Assembly: GCA_038231135.1 (NCBI GenBank) | Contig: JBBRLX010000043.1 | Coordinates: 1-28,454 of the forward strand | DNA: 28,454 nucleotides | From: Candidatus Eiseniibacteriota bacterium | GTDB taxonomy: Bacteria > Eisenbacteria > RBG-16-71-46 | Reading direction: 5' to 3' | Shown: positions 25,621-28,454 of the stretch, piece after piece | Layout of the letters: the number at the start of each line of letters is the position of its first letter | Numbering within the stretch: position 1 is the first letter of the stretch | The notes under the pieces: generated by a model | The model's database searches: none | Told to the model about the DNA's origin: nothing | What the model saw: only the letters and a program-made list of their open reading frames with translations | Position numbers and translations under genes: made by a program

Positions 25621-27858
25621 GTGAAGCCTAGACCCGGTCCCGCCGGCTCGCCGCGATCGGGCGCTGCCGCCGGCAGCAGGCGGCCGGCGGCGGGCGCTGA
25701 AGCCGGTGCGTCGGTGGCCTCCGGCCGCTCCGTGCCGGCGTTCGCGCTCATCGGGCTCACCGTGCTCGCCGCGGTGCTGCTCTACCTGCCCGCGCTCCAC
25801 ACGTCGTTCTTTGCCGACGACTACCTGTTCCTCGACCAGGTGCGCGGGAAGACGCTGTTTCAAGCGCTGCGCACGCCGGACCCGCTCAGCAACTTCTACC
25901 GCCCGGTGTCGCGCCAGCTGTATTTCTGGTCCGTCGCCGGGGCGAGCCACGAATCGCCGTGGGTGTTCCACGTCGTCGGCCTCGCATGGTTCGCCGTGCT
26001 CCTGATGCTGTTGTTCGGCCTCGCGCGCCGGCTCGCGGGCACCTATGCCGCGACGTTCGCCACCGCGATGGTGGCGCTGCACTACACCGCCGACGTGCCG
26101 ATCCGCTGGGCGTGCGGCAGCCAGGAGCTGCTGTCGGTGAGCGGCGCGCTTGCCGCGCTATGGCTGTTCCTGAGCGGGCGCCGCTGGCCCGCGGCGATCG
26201 CGATGATGTTTGCCGCGCTGTCCAAGGAAGTCGTGCTGCTGACGCCGCTGATCGCGATCGTCGCCGATCGCAGGACCGGCGAGCCGTGGCGCGTGGCGGC
26301 GCGGCGCGCGTGGCCGCTCGCGCTCGGAGTCGGCGTGTGGGCCGCGATCTGGATGCTGGCGCCGCACACCCGGCAGTCCGCGGGCACCGAGATCGAGATC
26401 AACGCGTGGAATCCCATCGCGACCTACGTGCACCTGCTGCAGGTGATCGCCGGCGCCGAAGTGCGGCAGGGCGAATTGTGGCGCATGCCGACCGTGGCGC
26501 CGCCGCCCGGGCCGCTGCTGCTCGCCCTGATCGCCGTGTTCATGGCGGGGATGGGGTGGCGCTGGCGGGGATTGGTGATGCGGGGGCGCGCGGGCGGTGC
26601 CGACACCGCGGGTGGCGCCGCCGCGAGCCTCGTCGATGCGGGGGAGGACGCGGCCGCCCAGACAAAGAGCCTATCGCCGCGTCTGACGACCCGTGACGTG
26701 AACGAGGCGCGGCGCCATGCCATCGTGACCGGAATCGCCTGGGCCCTGCTGGCGACGCTGCCGGTGGTCGCGGTGGCCGTGCTGTGGAGCGCCTACTACT
26801 ACCTGTTCGCGGTCTGCGGGGCCGCGATCGCGCTCGGCGCGTGGTTCGCGGGGCGCGCGCGCATCTGGGCCCTGCTGTCGCTGGCGCTGCTCGCGTGGGG
26901 CTCGAACAGCGCCCGGCACCTGCAGGAGTTCGCGACCCCGCGCAGTCCGTGGACCGCGATGTCGCACATCGACAAGTTCTACATCGAGCGCGCCACCCGA
27001 TATTGCGAGCGCTACCTCGAGGACTTGAAGGGCATGAAGCCCACGCTGCCGAAATCGAGCACGCTGTTCTTCGCCGGACTGAAGGGCAACATCGCGTTCC
27101 AGGTGGCGAACGGCCCGCTGATGCGGTGGGCATATCGCGACAGCAGCGTGCGTTCGTACTACCTCAATGACTTCACGCTCGCTAAGGCCCAGCGCGGCCC
27201 GGCATTCTTCTTCCTGGGTTCGGGCGATTCCCTGAGCGAAATGCCGCCGGGCCCCGACCTGTTCGAGCGCATCGCATTCAGCATGTTGGTGAACGAGTGG
27301 CCACCCGGCGCGCGCGATGCGCTGACGCTGCAACTGGAACAACATCCCGACGACCTGCGCGCCCGCTACTGGATGGCATGGTGCCAGTGGGCGCTCGGAG
27401 ACACGCTGGCCGCGCGCGCGTCGCTCACCGCCGCCAAGTACGCGCTGCAGCGCGGCCCCGCCCCGACGCTGGCCCTGGGCACGGCGCTCGGCCAGGCGGG
27501 CAAGATCGACTCCGCGCTGGCACTGATGCGGGAGGCGGTGCCGCAGTACGCGCTCGACCCGGTGTCACACGCGCTGCTCGCGGACCTGGAACTGGTGAAG
27601 AACGCGGAGGACCCGGCCGGACCCGTGGAGGCCTACGCCGCCCGCACGCTGGCTCCCGGCACGGCGCTGATGTGGCGGCGCTGGGCGACCGTGCAGATGC
27701 ACCGCCACCGGTACCTGGAGGCGTTCAAGTCGTTCCGGCAGTACTTCAAGATGGCTGGCGCGGACAGCGCACGGGATCTCGAGGCGCAGATCTGGATCAA
27801 GGGCATCCAGCAATCGCTGCCGGGAGGGGACATCGCGCCGGAGGGACTGCGGCAGTAG
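25621..27858 (+). CDS. Polytopic membrane protein, GT-C glycosyltransferase-like, with C-terminal TPR-like helices
   Basis: FFADDY and FYRPV after the first TM helix; LSKE motif; about 10 TM segments; helical-repeat C-terminus. Start uncertain. Confidence 0.65.
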   Translation: MKPRPGPAGSPRSGAAAGSRRPAAGAEAGASVASGRSVPAFALIGLTVLAAVLLYLPALHTSFFADDYLFLDQVRGKTLFQALRTPDPLSNFYRPVSRQLYFWSVAGASHESPWVFHVVGLAWFAVLLMLLFGLARRLAGTYAATFATAMVALHYTADVPIRWACGSQELLSVSGALAALWLFLSGRRWPAAIAMMFAALSKEVVLLTPLIAIVADRRTGEPWRVAARRAWPLALGVGVWAAIWMLAPHTRQSAGTEIEINAWNPIATYVHLLQVIAGAEVRQGELWRMPTVAPPPGPLLLALIAVFMAGMGWRWRGLVMRGRAGGADTAGGAAASLVDAGEDAAAQTKSLSPRLTTRDVNEARRHAIVTGIAWALLATLPVVAVAVLWSAYYYLFAVCGAAIALGAWFAGRARIWALLSLALLAWGSNSARHLQEFATPRSPWTAMSHIDKFYIERATRYCERYLEDLKGMKPTLPKSSTLFFAGLKGNIAFQVANGPLMRWAYRDSSVRSYYLNDFTLAKAQRGPAFFFLGSGDSLSEMPPGPDLFERIAFSMLVNEWPPGARDALTLQLEQHPDDLRARYWMAWCQWALGDTLAARASLTAAKYALQRGPAPTLALGTALGQAGKIDSALALMREAVPQYALDPVSHALLADLELVKNAEDPAGPVEAYAARTLAPGTALMWRRWATVQMHRHRYLEAFKSFRQYFKMAGADSARDLEAQIWIKGIQQSLPGGDIAPEGLRQ

Positions 27859-27922
27859 GGGTGAGGCGCTGGAGATCGCGATCGAATTGCAGCGCTTCGT
27901 GCTGCGGCTCGTGGGGCGGCGT

Positions 27923-27952
27923 TTGACCCGGCCCGCGCGCCTGCGGTACAAA
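27923..27952 (+). promoter_or_regulatory. Candidate sigma-70 promoter of tRNA-Ala
   Basis: TTGACC-N18-TACAAA, 20 bp upstream of the tRNA. Confidence 0.4.
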
Positions 27953-27972
27953 CGAAGGCCGCAAAATCATGT

Positions 27973-28048
27973 GGGGCTGTAGCTCAGTTGGGAGAGCGCC
28001 TGACTGGCAGTCAGGAGGTCGACGGTTCGATCCCGTTCAGCTCCACCA
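27973..28048 (+). tRNA. tRNA-Ala (anticodon GGC)
   Basis: 76 nt, GGGGCTG...CAGCTCCACCA; G3:U70 identity pair; anticodon arm CCTGA-CTGGCAG-TCAGG; GGTTCGATCC T-arm. Confidence 0.98.
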
Positions 28049-28193
28049 TTTTCAACCTCCCGCCGTTCTGCAACGACAACGAGTTGGATGATTCAGGGGG
28101 CTAGTTCGTCCATGGGCTTGCCGGCTTGCCCGACCGGATTCCCTCGTTCGTCTGACTCGCTTGAGCACAATTCGGGCCACCATTTTTTGGGGG

Positions 28194-28454
28194 GGCTTCC
28201 GACTTTGGTGTGGCTGAAGAAGGTGGCGTGAGGGCCTGATAAGCTGAGCGCGGACCCTGAACCCAAGGACGCGCGATGACGATCGACAGCCGGACCCTGT
28301 ACACGGCGCTGCTGGGCCTGACGCCGCCGTGGGAGATCACGGACGTGGAAGTGAAGCAGCCGCCAGGCGAAGTTCACATCCGGGTGGCGTTGCCGGACGA
28401 CACGCTGTGGGTGTGTCCCGAGTGCGGCACCACCGCCCCGATCCACGATCACCA
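28194..28454 (+). mobile_element. ISL3-family insertion sequence, left end (partial)
   Basis: Probable left inverted repeat starting GGCTTCCGACTTTGGTG (exact boundary within about 2 bp), about 80 bp before an ISL3-type transposase start. Confidence 0.7.
28276..28454 (+). CDS. ISL3-family transposase N-terminus (cut by the window edge)
   Basis: Manual translation MTIDSRTLYTALLGLTPPWEITDVEV...VHIRV...WVCPECGTTAPIHDH shows the LGL-x-x-PW motif and the zf-ISL3 CPxCG motif; AAGGA ribosome-binding site. Not in the ORF track. Confidence 0.85.
   Translation, partial: MTIDSRTLYTALLGLTPPWEITDVEVKQPPGEVHIRVALPDDTLWVCPECGTTAPIHDH

Noticed and set aside
28093..28452. Minus-strand 119-aa ORF
   Set aside because: Mostly antisense to the ISL3 transposase start and crosses the IS boundary.

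Overview
GC-rich bacterial window bounded by two tRNA-linked mobile segments. Left: the end of an integrative element (excisionase-like gene and tyrosine integrase) abutting the 3' end of tRNA-Leu(CAA). Right: tRNA-Ala(GGC) followed by the start of an ISL3-family element. Between them lie a RedB-like gene divergent from a response regulator/FIST(NosP)/hybrid kinase operon, a MITE-like intergenic element, an atypical flavoprotein disulfide reductase, an ergothioneine cluster (egtB, egtD) with a betaine-family ABC importer, an SDR, an exported PepF, a DUF853/HerA-like ATPase and a GT-C-like membrane protein. The most striking region is a minus-strand cluster (16663-23929): RsbW-like kinase, STAS protein, ECF sigma factor, anti-sigma factor, a membrane-anchored protein of about 30 nine-residue repeats, a zinc-peptidase/beta-propeller/beta-barrel outer-membrane protein and a PrsW protease. 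A shared candidate promoter CCAAC-N14/15-CGTGTAT precedes both the sigma gene and the repeat gene. This looks like an uncharacterised proteolytic trans-envelope signalling or peptide-processing system. All calls come from motif recognition by eye; no database searches were run.
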